Assembly (NCBI GenBank): GCA_963804995.1
Contig: CAWDSK010000003.1
Coordinates: 1,664,001 to 1,728,000 of the forward strand
Length of the DNA: 64,000 nt
DNA from: an uncultured Acidobacteriota bacterium
Lineage (GTDB): Bacteria; Acidobacteriota; Terriglobia; UBA7540
Direction: 5' to 3'
Both the position numbers and the translations under genes were made by a program. Of the stretch, positions 19,448-30,323 are shown in pieces. The notes beneath the pieces were generated by a model. The model was not told the origin of the DNA and did no database searches. It worked only from the letters and a program-made list of their open reading frames with translations. Within the stretch, counting starts at the first letter, position 1. Each line of letters starts with the position of its first letter.

Positions 19448-19653
19448 TTCTGGCGCGGGCTAGGTTTGCATTCTAATAACCCTTACTTTAGTACCTCTTG
19501 ACATATGACAATTCCAGTAGCAGAATTACCCCAAGAGGATTGAACTTTTAACCTGGGAGGGAAGCGCTCCTGTGGGCATTCACCCAGGGGTAGAGTTCGC
19601 ATGCACCTGCGTTAGTTCAACGGGAAAAAGGGCCCCAATGACTATGGGCGAAC
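19448..19653 (+). promoter_or_regulatory. Duplicated promoter/5' leader, copy 1 (pilin operon 1)
   Basis: About 15 differences from 25721-25925. TTGACA-N17-CAGAAT at 19498-19526. Confidence 0.85.
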
Positions 19654-19845
19654 CGAACCAAAGCGGATTCAGTTTCCCGGGACTTCCTGTAGCCTAGGGG
19701 CGGGATGGGAACACTCCAGCAGAGGCCACGGGGTGGGTGCTGCCTGCTGGCGGGGTAGGCAAACTGGAAATCCCGGTCAGGCAGAGTGGAGTGATTAATA
19801 CTGGGTTTAGGGGGCGGGTGCTCCTCAACCTGACAAGAGGGTATC

Positions 19846-20586
19846 GTGAAAATAGCAGGGAGGAGTGGCTGGGTGTGGGGAGAACCTGTGGTTCCGGGTT
19901 CAGCGTCAGTATTGGAGTCCGTGCAGTCCCATGAAAGGAATGTGGTAGGGAAAACCGCCCGCGCTTGCTCGGACCGAGGATTTTCGATGGCGGAAGCCTT
20001 GATGGTGATTACCATCATCGGGATTATATCCGCCATAGCGATTGTCGCTTTTACCAATGAGTTACCGACGATCCGCGCCGATTCTGCTATGCAGCTCCTG
20101 GAAGCTCAACTCCGCCAGGCCCGCGAGACTGCGGTGGACCAGAGGCGGAACATTCTCGTCACGTTCCAAGGCACGGCCGAAATGGTGACCGTGCTCCAGA
20201 ATCTGGATGTTACCACGACTCCCCCTACGGTCATCTCAACCACGACCTTGAGCGACTATAAGCTCGATCCCAATCAGATGACATTCATGCTTTTTGCCGG
20301 TGCTCCGGACACACCCGACGGCTTTGGCAATTCCCTGGCGATCAGTTTTACAGATCAAACTACCCGTGTACAGCAATGTCCGACTTTACCCTGCACCATC
20401 ACTTTCCAGGGTGACGGCACGTTGGTGGACAACGCCGGAAACTACCTCAACGGTACGATATTCATGGGCAACCTGGGAAACCCCGTAACCGCGCGCGCGG
20501 TCACGATCCTCGGGTCGACGGGGCGCATCAAGGGTTACCGGTACAAAGTAGTGGCGAGTCCCAGCCCCACAAAGTCCTGGTTCTAG
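19846..20586 (+). CDS. FimT/GspH-like type IV minor pilin (start uncertain)
   Basis: Prepilin motif G|FSMAEALMVITIIGII, LRQARETAV, C-terminal RAVTILGSTGRIK. Confidence 0.85.
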   Translation: MKIAGRSGWVWGEPVVPGSASVLESVQSHERNVVGKTARACSDRGFSMAEALMVITIIGIISAIAIVAFTNELPTIRADSAMQLLEAQLRQARETAVDQRRNILVTFQGTAEMVTVLQNLDVTTTPPTVISTTTLSDYKLDPNQMTFMLFAGAPDTPDGFGNSLAISFTDQTTRVQQCPTLPCTITFQGDGTLVDNAGNYLNGTIFMGNLGNPVTARAVTILGSTGRIKGYRYKVVASPSPTKSWF

Positions 20587-20596
20587 AGGGTGGTTT

Positions 20597-21193
20597 ATGG
20601 ACCGAGTCGTGCCACGTCATGAGCAGGACGAGAGCGGCTTCACCTTGGTGGAGGTGATGATCGCCTCCGTCATTTTGGTGACGGGCCTCCTCTCTCTGGC
20701 TTATGCCTTTGGGCTGGGTTTAGGCGTTCTTGGGACCGCCCAGGAGGATAGCATCGCCCGCCAGATGGCCCGGCAAGCCCTGGAAGATGTATTTACCGCT
20801 CGCGACACGGGAGGCATCACCTTCTACCAGATTTGCAACATTGGCTCCGGGGCATCCTGCATCTTTATAAACGGCTTCGAACCCTTGTACACCGCGGGAC
20901 CCGACGGAATTGTGAACACCGCCGACGATGGCACGGGCACCCCCCTCCCCACGGGGTGTAGCGCCGCGCCTTGCATCGAGACGGTTGACACACCCGGGCC
21001 GGACGGGATCCTGGGAACTGCGGACGACGTTTTTGTTCCTCTGATTGGGTTCCAGCGGAAAATTCAAATCACGCCGGTCTCCAACCCCAACGTCAGCAAC
21101 CTGAGTCAAATCACGGTCACCATTAAGTACACCACTTCAAAGGGGATCACCCGTGCCGTCACGCTCGTGGCGCTCATCGGGCCTTATGTCTAA
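20597..21193 (+). CDS. PilV-like type IV minor pilin
   Basis: G|FTLVEVMIASVILVTGLL. Two GPDGIxxTADD Ca-binding-like motifs. Confidence 0.88.
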   Translation: MDRVVPRHEQDESGFTLVEVMIASVILVTGLLSLAYAFGLGLGVLGTAQEDSIARQMARQALEDVFTARDTGGITFYQICNIGSGASCIFINGFEPLYTAGPDGIVNTADDGTGTPLPTGCSAAPCIETVDTPGPDGILGTADDVFVPLIGFQRKIQITPVSNPNVSNLSQITVTIKYTTSKGITRAVTLVALIGPYV

Positions 21194-22382
21194 CTCCTTT
21201 CCCAAATCGTCCCCGGTCCGCCCACCCCAGGGATTCACCCTGGTCGAGTTGCTGGTGGCCATGTCGCTGTCCCTGATATTGCTGGGGGTTGCTTTCGACC
21301 TCTTCAATGGCCTCAATAACGCCGCCGACCTGGCGGGCACCATGGCCGATGTCAACGAAAACCTTCGCGCTGGTACGAACATGATTGCCCGCGACCTGAG
21401 CACGGCCGGGGCGGACATCCCCCTGGGGGGCATTCCTCTCCCCAGCGGGGGTACTCCTTGCCGACCCATTCCAATTCCGTTGCCGTCTTGGCTCCCGGTG
21501 CAGTATTTTAACCCCTCCTGCAGCGGCAACATGAACGTCATCAATCCGGGGTCAGGATATGGGCCGACGACCGGGAGCGGCGGCACTGCCATCCCTACCG
21601 ACGCGATCACTCTGATCACGGTGAATCCCACTTCAGAATTGAACCAGTATCAACTGGTCAGCATCAGTCCCGTCACTACTTCCGGCGCTTACTGCTGCTT
21701 CCCCGGTGGCACAACCAGTGTCACCATTACCGTAAATCCGGGTACCAACGGCGGTGACCTCACCGCCCCCGGGGCATCCCAGGTCCTTCCCAGCCAGTTG
21801 ATCATGTTGAGCAACACCAATAGCTCCGCCTTGCTTGCCGTCAGTTCAGTTACGGCTGACACTATTACCTTTACCAGCGGAGACGCGACGAATGACGTAC
21901 TGGGCCTCAATCAATTCCCCACCACGGCCAGCAGCCCGACGAGCGGAACCATCGGCCAGCTTCAAACACTGGGAACGGCACCCGCCGCGAATTTCTACCC
22001 TCCGACCTACGCGTACCAGATCACCATGACTACTTATTATCTGGACAACCATTCGAGGACGCCCACCTGGATGCTGATGAAACAGGTGGGCACAGGGGCT
22101 CCGCTGACAGGATCGCCTCCCACCGTTTCCTCGAACCCGCCCCAGCCGGTGGCCATGGGGATCAACGTCTTACAGTTCTCATATAGCCTTTCGCCGGCGG
22201 CGGAGCCGACGGACCCGACGCGGACGTTCGTAAGTCCTTATACTCCCAATACCATACGCAAGGTGAACTTGTGGTTGATCGCCCAAGCGGATCACCGCAA
22301 TCGAAAAAGCGGTTTGTATTATACGAATTCGATCGCCACGTCGGTGACGGCTCAGAACTTGGCTTATTACAACAAATACTGA
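21186..22382 (+). CDS. PilW-like type IV minor pilin
   Basis: G|FTLVELLVAMSL, IARDLSTAG, LQFSY, IRKVNL. Confidence 0.88.
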   Translation: MSNSFPKSSPVRPPQGFTLVELLVAMSLSLILLGVAFDLFNGLNNAADLAGTMADVNENLRAGTNMIARDLSTAGADIPLGGIPLPSGGTPCRPIPIPLPSWLPVQYFNPSCSGNMNVINPGSGYGPTTGSGGTAIPTDAITLITVNPTSELNQYQLVSISPVTTSGAYCCFPGGTTSVTITVNPGTNGGDLTAPGASQVLPSQLIMLSNTNSSALLAVSSVTADTITFTSGDATNDVLGLNQFPTTASSPTSGTIGQLQTLGTAPAANFYPPTYAYQITMTTYYLDNHSRTPTWMLMKQVGTGAPLTGSPPTVSSNPPQPVAMGINVLQFSYSLSPAAEPTDPTRTFVSPYTPNTIRKVNLWLIAQADHRNRKSGLYYTNSIATSVTAQNLAYYNKY

Positions 22383-22430
22383 GGTGGTGGCGCGGGGCAA
22401 GCGGCAGCGGCCGCCAGAAAAGGGCAGAGT

Positions 22431-25400
22431 ATGAAAAACCGCGAAACCAACGATTCGGGCATAGCTCTCATCGTGGTTCTGTTGCTCATGCTGGTCTTTA
22501 CCATCATGATGCTGGGATTCTATTTCCAGACAACGGGGGAGCAGCAGGTCGCGGCGAGCGACCGTGACAACACGGTGACTTTTTACGCTGCGCAGGGCGG
22601 ACTTGAAAATATGAGTTCTGCGCTGGCGGACTTATTCACCACCACTGCCTCTCCCACCCCCGCCCAGATTACCGCTCGGGCTGGCGCCGCCTACCAGGTC
22701 AGCATCCCGGTTTATAACGGCGTCGGCTCTTTAGCCAGCCAGCAAATCAGTTTTCCCGTCTACTCCATCACCAACCTTCCAATTGCGGCCAGCATCAACC
22801 CGCCGATCTCCGCCTGCACCCCGAGTACCACCGTCTTATGCTCGACTCCCGGCATCATTCCCGGCAATGGGCCGTTGGCGGGACTGGAAGGCATTCTTAC
22901 TCCCTTTATGCTCACGGTGGTTGCCGCGGGCCCCAACAACACGGAAGTCAAGATGCAGCGCCAAGTGCAGGAAGTTGCGGTGCCCGTCTTCCAGTATGGA
23001 ATCTTTTCGCAGAGCGACCTCTCCTTCTTTGCCGGCCCGAATTTCGGCTTCGGTGGCCGTACGGCCACGAACGGAAACCTGTTTCTCGCGGAAGGCGGGG
23101 GCACGCTGACTCTTAACGATAAGGTCACCGCCTTTCTGAGCGTCATCCGATCTCAGCTTTCGAACGGCCTCGCGACTGCCACCACCAGTTACAACACACC
23201 GGTCGATGTGACGATTGGCTCCGCAGGAGGTTGTCCTATGCCGACATGCCCGTCTTGTCCTACCACCACCTGCCGGGCAATGGGGTTGACGGACGGCAGC
23301 GTAACGGGCGGGCCAGGGAGCGGCGCAAACTCCAACTGGCAAACGCTTTCCATGAATACCTATAAAGGGTACATTCGGAGTGGGAGTACGGGAGTCAAGC
23401 AGTTGAATCTGGCCTTGGCGTTGGCGAACCAGCCACCCATCGACATGATTGAACGCCCCCCCGTGGGGGAGAGCGTCACGTCGGTGGTCGGCCAGCAGCG
23501 CTTTTTCAACCAGGCCAGCGTGCGCATTCTGCTTTCCGACACCCCTAGCCAGATCACGAGCTTGCCCGGTGTTACGAGCAGTGCGCCTTATCCCCTCGCG
23601 GAGGGTGCGAACTCAGGGATGAGCAATGTGATCCAGCGCACCAGCTCAACCAGTGCTTACTATCTTCCGACGCCCGATAGCTGCCATCCGCCTATGGCGG
23701 AATCCCCGGGGTGGACAGCGGACAACGACTACATGCTGAAACCCGGGACCACGCTGCTCGGCGGCTACATCAAGATTGAGATCCAACTCAACTCGAATCC
23801 CGGGACATGGCAGGATGTGACCCAGGAAGTCCTGAGTACGGGAATCTCCCGCGACGTACAGACCTCAGGGACCGGCGCGTGCACCAAAAACATATCGATC
23901 CTGCACTTGGAAGAAGCCAGACCGTACCCGCCGATGGGAGCGCCGACGGTGAGCTCGCCGACGTTCTGGCGGGTCATTAACTGCAAGTAAAACCTACTAC
24001 TACGTGGTCACCGCCCTGGGGACTTGGGGTGAAATCCCGGGTACGGAGCAGAAAGCAAGTACGGCAACCACGAGCAGCAAGGACACGATAACGGTCACCT
24101 GGACAGCCTACCCGGGCGCGACCGGCTACAACATCTATCACGGAACGAGTTCGGGGGGAGAAAACCAGTACGTTACGGTGGGTGCAGTGACATCCTATAC
24201 TGATAGGGGGACAGGATTCACAGCCGGTACACCTCCCACCACGTTAGTGATGAACACGACGACCGCTGCCACGACGGCCACGAATTTCGTTCCCATCAAT
24301 ATCTACGACCCGAGGGAAGGGGAGGTGCGGGATAGTAACAGCTATACAACGGTGTCCATAAACGGCATCATGAACCTTCTGGAAGTAGACGTGGGGAACC
24401 TCCAGCAGTGGCTTAACGGTACGCTCTGCACGGCCTCCACCGTCCCGACCTCCTGCACGAGTGGCACGCTGGCCCTGAACAACTCGGGCTATATCCTTTA
24501 TGTTTCCGACCGGCGGGGCAACTGCAACCAAGCAGCAAGCGCGACCGCTGGTGGGCCCTGCACAGCCAATGACACCGGTGAATATGGGTACGAGGACACC
24601 ATTAACCCCTCGTCCGGAACCGGCGCCCCCAACGGTACCCTCGATACCGGTGAGGACGTCGACGGGGATGGCGTTTTGGAGACTTACGGGGGGATTGCAC
24701 ACCCGATCAACGCCTCGAACGTAGATACGAGCGGTAGCACCAAATACCCCACGGGTGCGACGACTACCTTGGCGACGTTTATGGCCAGTCTCACCAACCC
24801 CTCCACTCCCGACGCCGCCCCACTTACCCGCATCACGTCCTCCCAGGCTGGGTGGGGATATTACGAGGCACAGAAGAACCCCGTGCTCTTCTTCCGCCGC
24901 GCGGTGCGCCTGGTGAATGGTACGCTGGGCAATTTACCCCCTTACTCCGCGGCACATATGGCAACTTGCCCCAACGCGCAGTCCCCCGCCGCGTTCCCCG
25001 CGCAGGGCGGATTCAGCGTGGCGGCGGAGAATCCTGTCTATATCCAGGGTGATTACAATGCCAGCAATTCGGTGGGGGCGTTTAGTCCCGACCCGTCAAA
25101 CAAATGCCACGTGCCGGCGGCGGTGTATGCCGACGCCGTCACGCTGCTCTCAAATGCCTGGACAGACTCCGAGACCTTCACCAGCCCGACGAACGTTGGC
25201 AGCCGCCCCGGCACCTCGAACACTTGGTTCAGGGTGGCGGTCATCGCGGGTAAGAACATTTCCTTCCCGCTGCCCAACTTTACTATCCCCGCTGCCCCGC
25301 CGCAGGACTTCGGGACCGACGGAGGGACTCACAACTTCCTTCGCTATATCGAAAACTGGGGCTCCACGCTGAATTATCTCGGCTCCATGGTAAGCTTCTA

Positions 25401-25578
25401 TTACGCCCAACAGGCGACGGGTGTTTACAAGTGCTGTAATACGGTCTACAGTCCCCCCACGCGAAATTATGCTTACGATTCGGACTTTACGAAGATTACC
25501 TCGATGCCGCCCGGTACGCCCCGCTTTACGGACGTGAACGCGCTGTCTTATCAACAGTCGGTTCTGTCCACTCAGTAG
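22431..25578 (+). CDS. Giant PilX-like pilin/adhesin (~1049 aa) split by a frameshift near 23961
   Basis: G|IALIVVLL (no Glu5) and FYAAQGGLE. The alternate frame continues SGGSLTASKTYYYVVTALGTWGE (FN3-like) into ORF 24004-25578. DVDGDG Ca motif. Confidence 0.8.
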
Positions 25579-25720
25579 CTGCTGGGTCTCAGGCGGGCGT
25601 CGACCGGGGCGGGTGGATTACCTTCGCAAGCACACAACAACTCCGCGCGACCTCCCTTCGGGAATCGGGCGTTGCCCTGGCTCGCTCATTTGGATAGCCG
25701 CGGTCAAGAACTACCGGCCA

Positions 25721-25925
25721 TTCTGACGCGGGCTAGGTTTGCATTCTAATAACCCTTACTTTAGTACCTCTTGACATGAGACAATTCCAGTAGCAGAATT
25801 ACCCCAAGAGTATGAACTTTTAACCTGGGAGGGAAGCGCTTCTGTGGGCATTCACCCAGGGGCAAATTTCGCACACACCTACGTTGGGTCAACGGGAAAA
25901 AGGGCGCCAATGACTATGGGCGAAC
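25721..25925 (+). promoter_or_regulatory. Duplicated promoter/5' leader, copy 2 (pilin operon 2)
   Basis: TTGACA-N17-CAGAAT at 25771-25799. Near-identical to 19448-19653. Confidence 0.85.
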
Positions 25926-25940
25926 GGAGACAAGATTAAC

Positions 25941-26642
25941 TTGGAACGGCATTTGCTGGGGGCTCCCATCGTGAACCGCAAATCGAGATCGGGTTTTCGC
26001 CTGACGGAGGGATCGAGATCAATACCGATTTCAAGCAGGAACTGCCCCACGCCAGCGGGTGGCGAAGCTAATCCCCGGTCACGAGCACATTCTTACGGTT
26101 TCTCGTTGATTGAATCCATCATCGTCGTGTCGATTGTGATCGTCCTTAGCGCGATAGCCCTCCCGATAGTACTGAACGCCGTCTATTTGATCAGGCTGCG
26201 AAATGCCGCTAACGATCTGTCGGGACTGGTCCAGTTGGCAAGGATAACGGCAGAAAAGACGAATTCGGTCCTTCCCGTCTTTGTGGGTACCGTCGAAACG
26301 ATCAGTACAGGGGGGTTCATTGGCGCTGCTAGCAGTACCTGCAGCAGTACAAATTCCTGGGCGTCCGGAGAGTCCGATGTGCCTTTCGCCAACGGGGTTA
26401 CTGCCGGCACGGCGGCAAGTGCTCCCACCGGCTTAAGCCCGGGGTTTACCCCGGAGACCGCCGGCACCGTTCTTTATTTCAGCTCTCGCGGGTTTCCCGT
26501 GAAGTCTAATAGCGGCGCCTGCAAGTCCTCCGCCGGAGTCGTCTTCTATCTTCAGGACACTCACGGCAACTGGGGCGCCGTTTCCGTGTCGGGAGCGGGA
26601 AGAAGCAAGCCGTGGGTATACGACGGAGCCAGTTGGCACTAA
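25941..26642 (+). CDS. FimT/GspH-like type IV minor pilin (start uncertain)
   Basis: G|FSLIESIIVVSIVIVL, LRNAANDL, FSSRG, AVSVSGAGR. Confidence 0.85.
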   Translation: MERHLLGAPIVNRKSRSGFRLTEGSRSIPISSRNCPTPAGGEANPRSRAHSYGFSLIESIIVVSIVIVLSAIALPIVLNAVYLIRLRNAANDLSGLVQLARITAEKTNSVLPVFVGTVETISTGGFIGAASSTCSSTNSWASGESDVPFANGVTAGTAASAPTGLSPGFTPETAGTVLYFSSRGFPVKSNSGACKSSAGVVFYLQDTHGNWGAVSVSGAGRSKPWVYDGASWH

Positions 26643-26689
26643 GTCGCCACGAACCAGGCAGAGGCAGGCGGTTCGAACAAGGATTCAAG

Positions 26690-27244
26690 ATGCACCAAAC
26701 TCGCAAATTCACGCACCGGGAACGGGGCTCCTCGTTGATCGAAATGATGATCGCGATTGCGGTCTTGACGGTCGGTCTGATGGGGACAGTCGCCCTGATT
26801 GGCGTGTCGATCGGCACCAATGTGCGGAGCAAGAGAGGCAGCACCAGCGTCGTGCTGGCGGAAATGGTTATCGGTCAGATCTCTTCCGTCCCGGTGGGCG
26901 GGAGTACCACCAGTGTGACGATCACCGATTGCGCTGGGAATAGCCATACCATCAGCACGTCAGGCACGACTGGGGGAAGTGGCGCCAATCTTAGCGGCGG
27001 CAACATCGACTTTACCCAGACCTTCAGCTCCACCGCGGGTTACATGATGCAATACACCGTGTGCGGTGTGAATACCGGGGAGCAGACGGTCTATGACGTG
27101 CGGTGGAATATACAAACGCTCGCGTCAACCAAGGCGGAATTCGTAGTGGTGGGAGCCCAATACAACTCCATTACTTACGGAAATGTAAAGTTCACATCCC
27201 CGGCGGTCAACCTGCGTACCGTCGTGGGGAACGATGGGACCTAA
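26690..27244 (+). CDS. PilV-like type IV minor pilin
   Basis: G|SSLIEMMIAIAVLTVGL and YDVRWNI. Confidence 0.85.
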   Translation: MHQTRKFTHRERGSSLIEMMIAIAVLTVGLMGTVALIGVSIGTNVRSKRGSTSVVLAEMVIGQISSVPVGGSTTSVTITDCAGNSHTISTSGTTGGSGANLSGGNIDFTQTFSSTAGYMMQYTVCGVNTGEQTVYDVRWNIQTLASTKAEFVVVGAQYNSITYGNVKFTSPAVNLRTVVGNDGT

Positions 27245-27245
27245 T

Positions 27246-28016
27246 ATGAAGTCTCCAGGCATTCAACAATCCGGACGATCTTCTCGCGGCTTTTCGCTGA
27301 TCGAGCTGATGCTGGTCCTGGTGATCATCTCCGTGGTTATGGGGGCGGTCCTCACCCAGGTTCAGGTGGTACAGCAGAGAGCGGTGGCCGAACAGGGCAA
27401 GGTTGATAACCTCCAGCAAGCCCGCGACTTTGCCGATCAGGTATATCGCGATGCGCGCCAGATGGGATATCCCAATGTTCGCAACTTCGATACGACGGTG
27501 GGCACTTGGCAATCGCCTTTGACCAAGGATAGCAGGCTGGCCGTGGGACTGGTCAAACTCACCTCTACGCAATTGGAATTCCAGGGCGATGTCGATGGCA
27601 GCGGCACCGTCTCGGTGGTCAGCTACGCGCTTAACGGAGACGGTACTTGTTCCACCTGTTTCCAGCGTGCACAGGTTCCGAAGATCAATGGCGATGCCCT
27701 GACCGGCCAAACCAGTCTTACCAGCCCGGACCAATACAGCGTCCAAGTTCAGAATGTCTACAACTCTACGATTTTCACCGCCTACGACATATCGGGGAAC
27801 TCCATCACGCTTCCTATTGACATTACCAACAATGCCGCGAGTGTGGCCCAAGTCAGAGTGATTCAGTTCCAACTTAGCCTTGCAAATCAGAATGCAATTG
27901 ATCCTTTGACACAACTGAAGCTCGAAGCCGATATTACAGGCAGAGTGCAGGTGGTGAACTGCTCCATGGCCACCACCGGTTTAACCGCTAACGGAATTAA
28001 TTTAACCTGCCAGTAA
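27246..28016 (+). CDS. PilW-like type IV minor pilin
   Basis: G|FSLIELMLVLVII, RDARQMGY, FQGDVDGSG. Confidence 0.88.
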   Translation: MKSPGIQQSGRSSRGFSLIELMLVLVIISVVMGAVLTQVQVVQQRAVAEQGKVDNLQQARDFADQVYRDARQMGYPNVRNFDTTVGTWQSPLTKDSRLAVGLVKLTSTQLEFQGDVDGSGTVSVVSYALNGDGTCSTCFQRAQVPKINGDALTGQTSLTSPDQYSVQVQNVYNSTIFTAYDISGNSITLPIDITNNAASVAQVRVIQFQLSLANQNAIDPLTQLKLEADITGRVQVVNCSMATTGLTANGINLTCQ

Positions 28017-28041
28017 TTCCGTTAGACCGAGGAGGTACCCG

Positions 28042-29621
28042 ATGAAAAGTCTCAAAGCCGGTCAGGACCGTGGGGTCGCCTTGTTCCTGGTTATTGTGGC
28101 GCTTCTAATCGTAACGGCTGTCGCGGGAGGAATGATCATCCTGTCAGTACCGAAACTAATGTCGATTACACCTACCGGGACGAACAGGCATCGCTCTATG
28201 CTGCCAAGGCGGGGCTGGAGGAAGTGCGCGACCGCATGCTCAGTGGGAACGCCAATCCCCTAACCTTACCGACTGTATTGCCGGGTGGGGCAGGGGCCTA
28301 CTGCCTCTACGTCTATACTACGGGCGCTTCTCCTTGGTTAGCTGCGGGCCCCTATGAGGACACCGAGTACATGAGCGAGATGGGCCTGAGCAGCCCTCCC
28401 TCCGGAACTACCTGGTACACCGCTTCGACATCGCAGACCAGCTACAACGGCCCTTCGACAAATCCGTTGCCCTACCGGTGGGTACGCCTCAACTTGAAAA
28501 TTGACCGGTCGGCTTACACCAGTAATACGCCGTATTACGTGGATGGGACCGCGGGCAACGCCAGTAAGCAGGTTTGCTACGACACAGTGAATCTCCATGA
28601 GACGGTGATTTCCGCCGCCAGTTGCTCGGCGGCGAGTGCGAACTATCAACCGGTGTATGTCATCACCTCGTATGCGCAGTCCTCCTATGGCACCCACCGC
28701 ATGCTGCAAGCGGAAGCGACAAAAGAGGTGGTCAACCTCGCTTTGCCTGGGGCGGTGACCTTCGACGGGCCCATTCCGTCAACTGCCTGTGGAAACACCA
28801 ATTCGGTCTTCCCGGGCGGCTCCACATGCAATTCCAGTGGGGATTACATCAACGGTAACAACCCTACAGGCACAGATGCTAACATTCCAGCCTGCGCGGG
28901 TGGGAGCAGCGCCCCGGCATTTGCCGTCCCCGATGCCACCTCCGTCACCAACATTTCAACGTTGGTTAATGCCAACAAATCTCAAATCGTTGGCAGTCCC
29001 GCTGGCCCTCCTTCGGTGGGCAACGCTTCCGCCGCCCTCACCAATCTCACTACCCCTGCGCAGATCGAGGCTCTGGTTTCGCAGATGAAGGGTTTGGCAG
29101 GCTCCAACGTCGGCTGCGATGCCACCAAACTCAATCTCGGAACCGCCGCCAACCCCACCATTACCGTCGTCACCAACGATGGTGTCTCTGGTACGGGTAG
29201 TGGCTGTCCTTCTTCTTCTGCCATGCAACTGAACAGTGGCACGACCGGCTTCGGCATTCTCGTGGTTACCGGCGAACTCAACTATGTCAATATTAACTCC
29301 TATGAAGGGGTCATCCTCATGCTGGGCACGGCGCAATTCATCGAGACTTCTTCCAAGGACACCACCTTTACCGGCGCTTTGTTCATGGCCAAAGACCGCT
29401 GCGATGCGAGCGGGGATTCGGCGCCGGCCGGGGTCACTTGCACTAAGACCGGCCAGGCGTATACGGGCAACACCCTGGGCACCCCGAGCTTCAACTACCA
29501 CCATGGCAACGCCTCGGCCTCCAACGTCTCGATCCAATACGATTCGTGCATCATCAGTCAGGCCGAAACTGGTGCTGTATCCAGCTACCGGGTTCTTTCG
29601 CAACGCGAGCTAATGTTCTGA
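28042..29621 (+). CDS. PilX-like pilin (~526 aa) split by a frameshift near 28145
   Basis: G|VALFLVIVALL. Adding one base joins the N-terminus to STETNVDYTYRDEQASLYAAKAGLEEVRDR and ORF 28224-29621. GILVVTG. Confidence 0.82.
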
Positions 29622-29700
29622 GAGAAGTGAGTGTTACCCTGGCGGCTGCTTACTACGCAGTCTCAGCTCGAAGTTTGAGTTCGTTTTAAGGAGGGAAACC

Positions 29701-30293
29701 TTGACAAGAGCTCGCTTTTTCGGGGTCGCCGCGCTCTTATCGCTGAGCTTTGCGGGCGGCATCTTAGCCCAGTCTCAACCTCAACCCACTCAATCCCCAG
29801 CCGAACCCGTTACAAAAGAAGCGGCGGTAACGGCGTCCGAAGGCAAAGCCAAGCCCAAGAAAGTCTGGACAAACGATGACTTTGACAGTCCCCGAACCCC
29901 TGAAGATATTCAGCAGGATCGGGAAGCTGCGGCGAAAGTGCAGAGCAGCGAAGCCACAGCCAAATCGGAGGTAACCCACCCCGGTTCCGCCAACGTTACC
30001 GCCGGCCCAACCCCCACCTTGTCGGACAGCTCCCCCTGCCCACGACGGTCGAAGAGGCGGAGCGTAAAATAAGCGAAGCCCAGGACGATATCGTGCATTT
30101 TCAGTCGAGGCTGGAGGAGACGAGAGACGGCTACGCCAAGGCTACAAATGACGACCAGAGCGCCAAGCTGCTATTTACTATCGGTTCGATAAGGGATGAC
30201 TTGCAAGAGCGGCAGGGCGATCTGAAGCTGCTTCAGGATCGGCTGAAAGCGTTGAAGAATGCGCCAGTGGAGCCGCCCGTCCACCAGGACTAG
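29701..30293 (+). CDS. Exported coiled-coil protein with KKVWTNDD motif, frameshift near 30010-30035
   Basis: Signal peptide and RBS GGAGG. A second frame continues LPTTVEEAERKISEAQDD... to 30293. The shift falls in C-runs. Confidence 0.65.
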
Positions 30294-30323
30294 CCACACG
30301 CCTCTTTCGAACCCTCGATACAA

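Noticed and set aside
19757..19790. c-di-GMP-I riboswitch-like GGCAAAC...GAAA upstream of the pilin genes
   Set aside because: Lacks the GACGCAAAGC segment and a proper P2 stem.
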